DNA from: Mobula hypostoma
Lineage: Eukaryota
Length of the DNA stretch: 64,000 nt
Reading direction: 5' to 3'
NCBI RefSeq assembly: GCF_963921235.1
Contig: NC_086107.1
Span: forward strand, 86,366,001-86,430,000
A model generated the notes under the pieces. That model searched no databases. It was not told where the DNA came from and saw only the letters and a list, made by a program, of their open reading frames with translations. Shown here one piece after another: positions 38,922 through 51,391 of the stretch; position 1 is the stretch's first letter, and every line of letters starts with the position of its first letter. A program made the translations under genes and the position numbers.

Positions 38922-40683
38922 CATGTATGGAAGTCATGGAGGATTTCAATATGTATGTAGAGTGGCAAAATCAGATTGGTGCCGGATCACAACAGGGAAA
39001 TTTCTAGAATGCCTGCAAGATGGCTTTTTAGAGCAGCTTGTGGTTGATTCCTCTAGGGGATCAACTATTCTGGATTGGGTGTTGTGCAATGAGCTGAACT
39101 TGATAAAGGAGCTTAACACAAGGAACTCTCAGGAGCCAGTGATCAAAATACGATAGAGTTCACCCTGCTGTTTCAGAAGCTAAAATCAGATGTATCAGCA
39201 TTACAGTGAGTAAAGGGAATAATAGGGGCATGAGAGAGGAGCTGGCCAAAGCTGCTTTCCCCTTCCAATCAATAGGGTTATGGCAGAGCAGCAATAGCTG
39301 GAATTTCTCTGAACAGTTCACAAAGTGCAGAATAGCTTCATCTGAAGAAATAGTAGGTTGAAGGAAGGATGAGGCAATCGTAGCTGGCAAGGGAAGTCAA
39401 AGACAATAAAAGCAAAAGAGAGGGCATGTAATGGAGGAAAATAGTGGGAAAGTAAAGGACAGAGAGGCTTTTAAAAAGCAACAGAAGGCAACTAGAGAGC
39501 AATAATGAAGATGGAAGATAAACTAGCCAATAATACAGAGAAAGCACACCAAAAGTCCCCCCCCCACCAAAGAAATATCAAGAGTAAATAAGAGGCAAGA
39601 GAGGATATCAGACTGCTGAAAAATGATGCTGTAGAGGTAGCAACGGGACAAGGAAATGGTGGGTGAACTTAAGTATTTTGTGTCATTGTTCACCGTAGAA
39701 GTCACTAAGAGTATTGCTGAAACTGCTGGGGGCAGAAGTAGACAAGCCACCTGGACCAGATGGACTACTACGCAGGGTACTGAAACAGGAAGCTGAAGAG
39801 ATTGTGGAGGCATTAGTAATGATCTCTCAAGAATCACTGCATTCTGGTATGATTCTGGAGGACTGGAAAATTGCAAATTTTACTCCACTTTTTAAGAAAG
39901 GAGGGAGGCAAAAGAAAGGAAAATATAGTTCAGTTAGAGTTTCAGGGGGGTGGAGGTGTAGCAGACTTGTGGGTGGGGCTGATGGATTATTCCAGAGTTG
40001 GGGTGGTGGTGGATAGTTTGTGTCCAGAGGAACTTAATGAGAATGATTCTGGGACTGAAAGGGCCAATGTACAAGGAGTGCTTGATGACCCTGTGCTTGT
40101 AGCTGCTGGAGCATAGAAGAATGAGAAGGATCTAGGATATTGAAAGACCTCGATAGAATGGATGTTTCCGTACTGGAGAGTGTCCAAGGCCAGAGGGCAC
40201 AGCCTTTGGAACTGAGATGTGGAATTTCTTTAGCCAGTGGGTGGTGAATCTGTGATATTCTTTGCTATAGGTGGCCATGGAGGCCATGTCATTGGATATA
40301 TTTAAAGTGGAGGTTGATAGGTTCTTGATTAGGAAGGGTGTCAAAGGTTACTGGGAGAGGACAGGAGAATGGTGTCAAGGATACCAAATCAGCCATGATG
40401 GATTGGCAGAACAGGCTCAATGGGCTGAATGGCCTAATTCTGCTCCTGTATCTTATAGTCTTGTGGTTATTCACACAATTGTCACTGATCCCAGCTCCTG
40501 TACCTGTTCCTATAACCCCCAGTTCCTCAATTCCTTAAATATTTATCTATCTCTGCCTGACATATACCCAGACATGAGGCCTCCCCACTCACAGGGACAG
40601 AGAATCCCAGAGACTGTACACACAGACATAGAATTCCAGAAGTTTCCACACATCTCCGTTTGAAATGCGTGGCCCCTATTTAG

Positions 40684-41180
40684 CAGCTCAGACTGTAGGG
40701 GAAGGGGTACACTCACTGATCCCACCTACCGACCACACCAGTCACCTCACACTGAGGAGAGAGTGATCACATGCTCTGATTGTGGAAAGGTGCTCACTTT
40801 GTTACGCACCCTACATGGACACCAGTCAGTTCACACCGAGGAGAGACCATTCACCTGCCCAGACCGCCAGAACCGATTCACTCTGTCACCCAACCTTGTG
40901 ACACACAAGCAAGCTCGCACTGGGGAAAATGTTTAAATAAGCTGCATGCTGAATCCAGAGGCAAGTTCACAATTGACTGTTGGTGTCGAACTCTGCAATT
41001 ATTGCTGCTGCTTACCACATCCAGTTCTGCACCCTGGTCACTGGGACTGGGAGGTGCTTCTTCTAAAGTTTATCTTTAATGGGACAGGAGTTTGATGTTC
41101 TGGATCTCTGACAAATAAATCAGTTCTATTTCAAACTCTGTCTCAGGTATCTAGAGAATTTACAACACACCTTGTGTGCA
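40684..41180 (+). pseudogene. C2H2 ZNF relic (about 3 decayed fingers plus 3' UTR)
   Basis: Ends ..HTGENV* like gene B; UTR matches gene A including AATAAA. Confidence 0.8.
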
Positions 41181-41187
41181 GTCAGGA

Positions 41188-41224
<37 letters not shown>
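41188..41224. repeat. (TA)n microsatellite
   Basis: Direct reading; the paralog at ~57840-57927 is compound. Confidence 0.95.
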
Positions 41225-41229
<5 letters not shown>

Positions 41230-42471
41230 TCAGCCGAGTTGGTCCTTGCTACCGTTTCTGTTTCACAACAGCTACTTTAAATCCATCCCTGCTGTTCCCC
41301 TCTCGCTCTCCGTGGTGGGGTCCAAAGAGACACCATTCTGTGGGTGAAGTGGTTTCTCCTCAATTTTCTGCCTGTGGAACACATGAGCAGGATGCATTAA
41401 ATTCGAGAGTGTCAGGGAGCAGAAGTGCGTGCAATTGCTATTACTAGGGAGGAGATACTTAGGAAACTGGAAGAGGAGAAAGTAGACAGGGCCGGCTGGC
41501 ATGAGTAATGATCTTTCAGGAATCAATGGATTCTGCCCTGGTTCTGGAGGACTAGAAATTTGCAAATGTCACTCCACTCTTCAAGAATGGAGAGAGGAAG
41601 AAAGGAAATTATAGGCCAGTTAGTTTGACCTCAGTTGTTGAGCATCGATTGTTAAGGACGTGGTTTCGGGATATTTGGAGACTCATGACTAAATAGGCCA
41701 GGGTGGGTGGTATCGGGCCTTGAGCACCCGATACATGAAGGGTCTGCAGGTGAAATTCCCATTCACTGCTGACGAGCCCAGTAAGCCAATCAGAGAGCTG
41801 CCTTATTCACCAATGAACAGAGAGCAGAAAGGAAAGCGCCGAAAGTAACCGCCAGTTCTCCCGAAATTTGAAAAGCCCGCCGAAAGTTATTTATTGATCT
41901 GTAGGCTGGAAAAGTATGGATTGAATCACTAATTCGGTGAAGATTTATTTTACATTAACAACCCGGGCGTTATTTTACTTACCAATATGAATGTTTCTAG
42001 TTATTGAGCTTCGAAAAGTCGATCCACAGTCTATATTGGCGGTCGGTCCGTGTATACCGGTCTCTTCTCAAACTGCGGGCGAAGGCGAGGTTCCAACGAG
42101 ACTATTTTCCTTCTGTGAAAAAACCGGAATTCCAGCATCTGCAGACTTGTGTCCCCGTGAACCTATCATGGACTCGGTCAGAAATGGGACTGGTTACCAA
42201 ATGGAAGAACTGCATGTATTAAAACCCATTCTCCAGCCCCAAATACCTGGAAACCTTGCCCACAACAACCAACTGTACACGGATGGGGTGCGGGACAGGG
42301 ATACACTAACAGCTGACTCGAGTTAATCCAGCTGCACCGAACGACTGATTCTGTGTTGAGGGGAGTCAGCCGTGTGTGTGTGGGGGGTTTGTGAGAAGCT
42401 GTAATGTCTTATTGATCAAAACTCCCACAGGGAATGGCGTGATTAACAAAAGGGTAGTGAACAGGAATTGA

Positions 42472-42512
42472 CAGCCCTTTTCTCTGCCGGATTAGTGGCT
42501 CTGAAAAGAGCC
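42472..42512 (-). terminator. Histone 3' stem-loop and HDE (H3 copy 1)
   Basis: GGCTCTTTTCAGAGCC at 42497-42512; AAAAGGGCTG at 42472-42481. Confidence 0.95.
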
Positions 42513-42541
42513 TTTTGTTGTGTTTGGTGCCGAGGTCGGGT

Positions 42542-42958
<417 letters not shown>

Positions 42959-43019
42959 TCAGCAGTGCGATTACAGCCTGAAATATCAGGATTGAAGTGT
43001 CAGAGCAGACGCTGGGTCT

Positions 43020-43260
43020 GGCTTTTAAAGAGTTGATGAAGGGCCGCCCAGCTCCCTCTGATTGGTTGGAATGGAGATGTCCATCATAGGGTCCCAGCGA
43101 TGCGATTGGATGTCTTTGCTTAATCAGTTTGAAGCTGGCCGACGGTGGGGGCGGGGAATAGTATCTGTGACCAAATATGGAAATTGGCGCCTGAGGGTCA
43201 CTATTCAGCCAATCCGACAGCAGGTTGGATCCCCGGTCAATTTCAAATCGCCCGCCAATT
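43020..43260 (-). promoter_or_regulatory. H3 promoter
   Basis: TTTAAAA ~43023-43029; CCAAT at 43061-43065 and 43105-43109; GGCGG-N4-TTTGAA (CDE/CHR-like) at 43242-43256. Confidence 0.75.
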
Positions 43261-43862
43261 TCTAAAGCAGCCGGAGCTAGTTTCTTACAATAACTAGAAA
43301 TCATGAATTATCAAATTTTACTTTCATTGAAAGAATCGTTTTTACTTCTCTCAATTAGTTATATGAATGTTTGCATATTAACCGAATAGCTTCTCGAGGT
43401 GAGTGCATTCGCTTCTGCCGGAAACAGGAGGACAGGTAGAGGGTTGAGATCAATTTTATTTATTGCATTTACAAACTAGTTTTTGGAGAAAATAAAGCCC
43501 CGAAAGGATTGCATGAACCCACGCTGAACTGAAATATTTACAGAATCATATGGATAATTGCAAACATATAATTTCATTCTTAATCTCGTCCCGCTCCAAG
43601 TCCCTGCAAACTGATGCGACCTGACCTGCCGGAGAGAGGAGTGTCGAACATAGAATTGAAATACAGCGCTCCGCGCAATCCTTCAGAAGCGCGAGTTCTT
43701 TATTCAATCAGAATCAGGTTTAATATTACGGGCATATATCGTGAAATTTATTAATTTAGCGGCAGCAGTACTATGCAATATAGGAAATGATAATATAGGA
43801 AAAGTAAATAGTTCGTACTGACATCTAAACCGACTAGGATCTGGAATCGCGCGATTCTGGAT

Positions 43863-43903
43863 CAGCTCTTATCTGGGAAATGTGGGTGGCTCTTAAAAGA
43901 GCC
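43863..43903 (-). terminator. Histone 3' stem-loop and HDE (H1)
   Basis: GGCTCTTTTAAGAGCC at 43888-43903; AAGAGCTG at 43863-43870. Confidence 0.95.
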
Positions 43904-43927
43904 TTTGGTTTCGGGTCTTTACGGCAT

Positions 43928-44551
43928 TTACTTTTTGGCCGCTGCCTTCTTGGCTTTCACAGATTTTGCCTTCGGCTTGGGTTTTGCCGACTTCTTGGCC
44001 ACCTTGGGGGCTGCGACTTTCTTCGGACTCTTGGGTTTCTGCGCGGTCTTCTTGGTCGCTGTTTTCTTAGCTGCCGCTTTTTTAACCGCAGTTTTCTTAA
44101 CCCCTTTGGTCTTGGCGGGAGATTTCTTGGCACCTGTTTTCCTGGCCACAGATTTCTTGGTCACTGCCTTCTTGGTCTTAGATGCCTTGGCCGCTGGTTT
44201 CTTCGCTTTTTTCACGACTTTCCCGGTATGTTCTTTTTTAGCGGCCCTCAAGGAGCCGGAGGCACCTGCGCCCTTAGTGTGAACCAGGGTGCCTTTATCC
44301 ACTTTCCTTTTAATGGTCAACCTGATCTGACCTTTCAGCTTTTGTACATCGACGCCGCTGCTGGCCAAATTCTTCTTTATCGCGGCTACGGACACCCCTC
44401 GCTGACTGCGGCAATCGGCCACAATCTTGTCGATTAGATCGCCCAGTTTGGGACCGGCTGACTTTGTCCGGACGGCCGCCTTCTTCTTCTTGGCAGCCTT
44501 GGGTGTGGTGGCGGGTGCCGCTGGTGGAGCCACTTCTGCGGTCTCGGTCAT
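43928..44551 (-). CDS. H1: Replication-dependent linker histone H1
   Basis: 207 aa; MTETA..AP N-tail, winged-helix globular domain ending KGAGASGS, K/A/P-rich tail with SPKK motifs; stem-loop. Confidence 0.96.
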   Translation of the reverse strand: MTETAEVAPPAAPATTPKAAKKKKAAVRTKSAGPKLGDLIDKIVADCRSQRGVSVAAIKKNLASSGVDVQKLKGQIRLTIKRKVDKGTLVHTKGAGASGSLRAAKKEHTGKVVKKAKKPAAKASKTKKAVTKKSVARKTGAKKSPAKTKGVKKTAVKKAAAKKTATKKTAQKPKSPKKVAAPKVAKKSAKPKPKAKSVKAKKAAAKK

Positions 44552-44624
44552 GGTCAGAAACTCTGCACAAATTCTCTCGAACTCTGAAGTGTGTGAGAAA
44601 TGAAGCGAGAGGCGGCGGTGCTGA

Positions 44625-45053
44625 GCAATTTAAAGGCAGCGAGCGGACGGGGCGGAGACATCCTGCAGTCAGCTCCCGGCCGCTCCGTCTCTCTGTGTTT
44701 CTCTCTCCCGAAAAACTCTCCGATTCCGATTAAAATAGGACATCCCCAAGACCCAGACCGCTCTCTGTCTGTGCCCGAGGCCGGATTCTCTGCTGGAAAG
44801 AAAGTTTGGTCCGAATTAAACGCAGCAGTTTCTTTATCAACCCGTTTCACTGCTGCACTGACCTCATTCTTCCCCGGGATCGGGACATTTTCTCTGTTTC
44901 CCGACTGAAATATTGAAATCAACTAAAAAATCGCGGTTATTTCCCACTTCAGGACTGAGCTGGGGAGCTGTACTATCCCGGAGCAGGGAAATTGCTTTAT
45001 TTTCTCTCGGTGGGGATGAAAAATCCAGCGATGTGTCCGGACTCACAAACACA
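44625..45053 (-). promoter_or_regulatory. H1 promoter with H1 box and upstream TG box
   Basis: TTTAAA ~44629-44634; GC box 44649-44655; AAACACA 44694-44700; TGTGTTT 45047-45053. Confidence 0.75.
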
Positions 45054-45759
45054 GTGATACCAGTCTAAGCCGTCAGGCCTCTTAGCACACTCTCCCTGAC
45101 ACACCGTTCAGATCTGTACATTCACAGCACCAACTGTTGGCCCGGTGCACCGTTCCCAGCGCAGGTTTTCCTCTCCGCTCGACCTGCTCTCCGGATTATC
45201 GGGTGTTATTTGTAGATTCCCAGATCAGTAATACCCAGAGGCCGGCGCTCCTCACCACCCTGATCCCTTGGTTTGGGTTGGATTCATCTCCTCTTTACGT
45301 GGGCTGCACGTTCAGTTTAAATAGGAGATGAAGACCATTTGCTGTGTCCTGAGATTTCCCTGTAATCATCTTCACTATCAAAAATACTTCCTTATTTTGT
45401 GTCCTCCACAAACTTACTGGTAAAAACCTTGTGTGTTTGTAATATAGCGTTTATATTACAAAAGAATAACAAGGGTGCCAACACTGACACCCGTGGTACA
45501 TCACGAGTCCCCAGCCTCGATTCCTCACACACGCAAAGCTATGCCAACTACTCACAATCAGACTCCATCTGTGCAAATACTGGTAGATTCTGTCCTCACA
45601 ATCCCCTCCAGTAAATGCCCCACTCCTGATGTCAGTCTGAGTGGCCTGTCGTTCCCTGGCTTATCCTTGCTGCACTTTTTAAACAATTGAATGACAACAG
45701 CACATTCTGGTCTTCAGCATCTTCAGCAGTGGCTAATGATGAAGCCAGTGTCTCCACAA

Positions 45760-48700
45760 GAGAGGTGGGTGAGTGGGAGGACACTTAGTAAATTGAGTTT
45801 AATGTGGGAAAATGTGAGGTTATGCCCCGTGTAGGAGGAATCAAAAGAGAGACTATAATTTATGTGGAGCGAGACTGCACATGAGTGAAGTACATAGGGT
45901 CTGGGTGTTAAGTTACATACAAACAGCAGACAGGTACAGTGAGTGGCCAATGGTGAATGGTGCATTGATGTTGATTGTTGGGTGGTTGGTGCAGAGAAAC
46001 AGAGAACTGTTGTTACAGTGTCAGACAAGTGAAGAGATAGATTTTGGGAAGTTAAAACAGGCCAGGGCATACACAGTGAATGTCATGGTCTGGGAGAGTG
46101 TGAATGAACAGTAAGCTCTTTGGATACTGATATTGTACTCGGTTCACTGAAAGTAGCAACATCGGGAGACAAGGTAGTGATGAAGGTACACAGCATGTTT
46201 ACTTTCATGGGCAAAGGCTGTGAGAGGAGTTGGGACATCATATTGTACAAATCATTCACTGGGCCACACCCAGAGTTCCCTGTGCAGTTCCAACACCACA
46301 CTAATGGAAGGATGTGATTAAACTGGAAAGATGCAGAAAACACTCACAGAAATATTGCCTGTGCTGGAGGGCTTGAGTTACAAGGAAAGATTGGATGGAC
46401 TGGGACTGTTTTCCCTGAAGCGAAAGAAGCTGAAGAAATCTGATAGAAATTTATAAAACTATGAGGGGTCTAGATAGGATAGAGAATCAGGATCATTTTC
46501 CCAGGGTGGAAATATCAAACATGAGAAGACATTGCTTTAAGATCACAGGGTGAGAAGTTAAAGGAGGTCTGCAGGGTAAGTAATAGTTTGGTTTTATTTA
46601 CAGAGTGGTACGGCCTGCCATGGGGAGTGGTGAAAGCAGATATGATTATGACATTTCAGAGGCTTTTAGACAGGAAATGGAAAGATATGAATCACATGCA
46701 GACAGAAGAGATTCAGTTTCCTTTGGCATTGTGTTCAGCACAGACGTTGTGGGAAGAAGGGCCTGTTCCTCTGCTGTACTGTTCTGTGCTCTGGGTGAGC
46801 AACAGTGACAGAAAACTCTTTAGCTGGAGGCACAGCACAGGTATATCTGTGGAAATGAGTGGGGCCCTCAAGGGTATTGAAGAATTCATCTCTGTTTTAA
46901 ATCGATGTCCCCATATTCTGAGGCATGCCCTCTGGTCCAAGTCTGCCCGACTATTGAAACATCCTTTCCACAACCACTCTAAGCCTTTCAATATTCAAAA
47001 GTTTTCTATGAGACCCCCTCATTCTTCTAAACTCCACGGAATACAGGCCCAGAGCCATCAAATGCTCCTCATATGTTAACACTTTAAATCCCGGGATAAT
47101 TTCTGTGAACCTCCTCTTGATCCTCTCTAGTGCCCAGCACATCTTTTCTTGGATAAGTGAGGCACCAGAGGACTGGAGGGTAGCCAGCGTTCTTCCTATG
47201 TTTAAGAAAGGTTCTGAAAATAAAACAGGAATTACAGGCCAGTGAGCCAGACGTCAATTCAAGTTTCATTGTCCTCAACCATACATGAATTCTCATGAAT
47301 ACAGTCAAACAAGACAGCGTTACTGCAGGTCAAGGTGCTAAAAACACATTAACAACAGTCACATACAAAATCTCATTCACGGAATAAAAGAATCCCAAGG
47401 TCCCCACACCCACAACATTGCAGCTTGATGCCCATGCCTGGCATATACAAATCAACAAACTCGTTTAGAATATCAGTAAAATATGATGCAGATTACGCAT
47501 GTATATAGTCCAGACCCCACAGCCCCTCAGTATCATCTGTCAATCTGCCCCAATACCCACTAGGTGTTACTGTGGGTTAGAGGACCACTCCTGGCATCTA
47601 CAGGCACATATAGAAGATTAGTAAAAATACAACAATACAGAATATGTATGTATATAATCCAGACCTCCAAGTCCTCTGAGATCATCTCTCGACTGGCACA
47701 ATGCCTGACGCCCAATACAACCAGACAAATATATCTGTATATAGTCCAGACCCCGCACTCCAATTGAAATCTTCAGCTGACCACATCTGCGCTACTCTTC
47801 CACCTGTAGCGCATGCCCCCAGTGGCTGAAAATCAAGTGACTTTGCAGCTTGAGGCCCAATTCCATTGAGTGATGCCAGCAAATCTGCAGCAGACCTCAA
47901 CAGAGCTTGTCTTCTGCTGAGTAAAGCCCTGGGAGGGCAGTGCCAACTCCATTCTGGATCCCATGCCACACCACCCGCGGTGAAGCACCGTGGCTTTGTC
48001 CCTTCACTCCTGTGGCTGCAAACAGGTGACACCATGGCTTCAGCCCGAGTCCTCGCTGCGACCGAGGTCAGCAAGATTCCCTGCCTCCGCCCCTGCTCTC
48101 ATCCAATAAATCAGCGAACTGAACTTGCGGTGTACCAGATTAACAATGTCAAAAGGGAAGGGGTCTTGTGATCACAAGAAAATCGACCATAACGGCCACT
48201 CGCTATTTGACTGTGAGCCTCCATCGACTTGGGCAGCAGCTCCTTCATTATCTCCACCAATGAGCAACTCGCTGATGCTGCACACCTGAGCTACTTTGAG
48301 ATCTCAACATTTAGCAATATCTTGTGATCATTTGAAGTAGGTTTAAGTAGAACATTAGCACCTTTTGTTGACCCCGTAGAAGATGCTGCAACCAGTCACA
48401 CCAGCATCTTGCCAGAAGTAGTGCGAAGATTATTGAAAGGTATTCTAAGGGACCAGATATACGAGTATTTGACTGGACATGGACTGATTAAGGAGAACCA
48501 GCATCACTTCATGCATACCTTCTTCAGGAAGTAGCAGGAAATTAGGTTAAAGCAGTGGATGTTGTCTACCTGGATTTTAGCAAGGCATTTGACAAGGACC
48601 AGCATGGGAGGCTGGTCAGGAAGGTTCAGTCACTTGGCAATCAAGATGAGGTAGTAAGTTGGATTAGACATTGGTTTTGTGGGAGAAGCCAGAGAGTGGT

Positions 48701-50834
48701 AGTAGACGGTTGCCTCTCTGACTGCAGGCCTGTGACTAATGATGTGCTGCAGGGATTGATGATGGGTCTGATGCTGTTTGTCATCTCTATCAATGATCTG
48801 GATGAACGTGTTTAACTGGAATAGCAGATTTGCAGATGACACCAAGACTGGGGGTGTAGTGGACTGTGAGGAAGACTTTCAGAGCTTGCAGCGGAATCTG
48901 GACCAGCTGGAAAAATGGGCTGAAAAGTGTGGTAGAACAAAGAGATCTGGGAATACAGGTTTATAATTCATTGAAATTGGTATCATATTTTAGATAGGAT
49001 TGTACAGAAAACTTTTGGCATATTGGCCTTCATAAACCAAAGTATTGAGTACAGGAGATGGGATGTTTTGTTGAAGTTGTAGAAGTCATTGGTGGGGCCT
49101 AATTTGGAGTATTGCATACAGTTTTGGTCACCTATGTTCAGGAAAAACGTAAATAAGGTTGAAAGAGTTCAAAGAAAAATTTACAAGGATGGTGCTGGGT
49201 CTTCAGGACCTGAGTTAAAGGAAAGATTGAATAGGTTAGAACTTCATTCCTTGGAACATAGAAGAATGAGGGGAGATGTGATAGAGATATACCAAATTGT
49301 GAGGGGTAAAGACTGAATAAATGCAAGCAGGATTTTTCCACTGAGGTTGGGTGGGATTACAACTAGGGGTCATGGATTAGGGTGAAAGGTGAAAAGTTTA
49401 ATGGCAACATGAGGAGGAACCTCTTCACTCAGAGGGTCGGAAGAGTGGGGATTGAGATGCAAGTGCAAGTAGTGCTTGCGAGCTTGATTTCAATGTTTAA
49501 GAGAGGTTTGGATAGGTACATGAATGGTAGGGGTATGAAGGTCTATGGTCCCAACGCAGGTCGATCAGAATAAGCTGTTTAACTGGTTTCAGCACAGGCT
49601 AGGATGGGCCAATGGGCCTGTTTCTGCGCTGTACTTTTCTATGACTTTATAAGGGGTCAAAAATGCTCAAAATACTCCAAGTGCAACCTAACCAATGCAT
49701 TATAAAGCCTCAGAATTATATCCTTGCTTTTATATACTAGTCCACTTGAAATGAATACGAACGTTGCATTTGCCTTCCTTACCACCAACTCAACCTGCAT
49801 GTTAACCTTTCGGGAATCCTGCACAAGGACTACCAAGTCTCTATGTACCTTTGATTTTTGAACTTTCTCTCCATTTAGGAAATAGTCTACACCTTTATTC
49901 CTTCTCCCAAAGTGCATGAGCATGCACTTCCCTGCACTATATTACATCTGCCACTCCTTTGCTCCTTCTTCCAAATTGTCCAAACCCTTCTACAGACTCT
50001 CTGCTTCCTCAGCACTTACTGCTCCTCCACTTATCTTTGTACTGTCTGCAAACGTAGCCACTAAGCAATCAATACTGTCATCTTAATCATTGACCTATAA
50101 CGTGAAATGTAGTGATCTTAATACTGAACCCTGTGGAACATCACTAGACATCAGCAGCCAAAGGACCTCCTTTATTCTGCCTGTCAACCAATCTTCAGAA
50201 CTCTGGGGTGTTGTCCATCAAATTGGTTGATTTATCTACCTTTAGACGTTTCAACATTCCAAGTACCTTCCCCTTAGTCATAGCAACTACCCTCACTCTG
50301 CCTCCAACACTCTTGAATTTCTGGCACACTGTTTCTGACTTCTAGTTGTCTATAACAGTGAGGACTAACACAAAATATTGATTAAGTTCATCTCCCATTT
50401 CTTTGTCACCCATTACTAACTCTCCTGTGTCTTTTTCCCATCGAGCAATATCCTCTCTCATCTCTTAAATCGAGCACCAACCTGATTTTCCCACTTGCTC
50501 TGCAGATTGAAATTCCATATGACTATTGTAACATTGCCCTTAATACATGCCTTTCCTATCTCCCGGTGTAATTTGTATCCCACATCTTGACTACCGTTCG
50601 GAGGTCTGTCTAAAACTCCCATCAGGGTATTTTAACCCCTGTAGTTTCTTAATTCTACCTACAAAGACTCTACATCTTCCAATTCTATGTGCCCTCTTTC
50701 TAGGATTTAATTTAATTTATTACCAATAGAGCCACCCCAACCTCTCTGCCTAACTGCCCCTCCTTTCGATACAATGTCTATCTTTGGATTTTAAGCTCCC
50801 AACTATGATCTTCTTTTAGCCACGACTCAGTGAG
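45760..50834. mobile_element. Stack of CR1 fragments (+ 45760-46790, - 46870-47160, + 47200/48420-49650, - 49655-50830)
   Basis: VDVVYLDFSKAFDK, SRFADDTK, LEYCIQFWSP, LTESWLKEDHSWEL. Confidence 0.8.
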
Positions 50835-51391
50835 ACTAACTAGGAATATGCCAGAAACTGTTGGGGGCAGAAGTAGACAAGTCACCTGGACCAGATGTAC
50901 TGAAACAGGAAGCTGAAGAGATTGTGGAGGCATTAGTAATGATCTCTCAAGAATCACTGCATTCTGGTATGATTCTGGAGGACTGTAAAACTGCAAATTT
51001 TATTCCACTTTTTAAGAAAGGAGAGAGGCAAAAGAAAGGAAAATATAGTTCAGTTAGAGTTTCAGGGGGTGGAGACATAGCAGACTTGGGGGTGGGGTTG
51101 ATGGACTATTCCAGATTTGTGGTGGTGGTAGATAGTATGAGGATCCAGAGGAACCTAATGAGAATGATTCTGGGACTGAAAGGTTCAATGTACAAGGAGT
51201 GCTTGATGGCCCTGGGCATGTATCTGCTGGAGCTTAGAAGAATGAGAAGGACCTTGAATATTGAAAGTCCTCAATAGAATGGATGTTTCCCTACAGGTGA
51301 GAGTCCAGGACAAGAGGGCACAGCCTATGGAACTGAGATGTGGAATTTCTTTAGCCAGTGGGTGGTGAATCTGTGATATTCTTTGCTACAG

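Larger units (their letters stand above)
37150..40460 (+). mobile_element. CR1 LINE, degenerate (ORF1 end, APE, RT pieces, 3' tail)
   Basis: KLLYLNAHTIQNKVDDL..ITESW; PPGPDGL..LEDWKIANFTPLFKKG; tail GGGCTGAATGGCCTAATTCTGCTCC. Confidence 0.85.

Noticed and set aside
41769-41800. CTGACGAG as another hammerhead core
   Set aside because: No stem II followed by GAAA; better read as a TGACG promoter motif
43880-44437. 185 aa and 125 aa plus-strand ORFs
   Set aside because: Antisense shadows of H1
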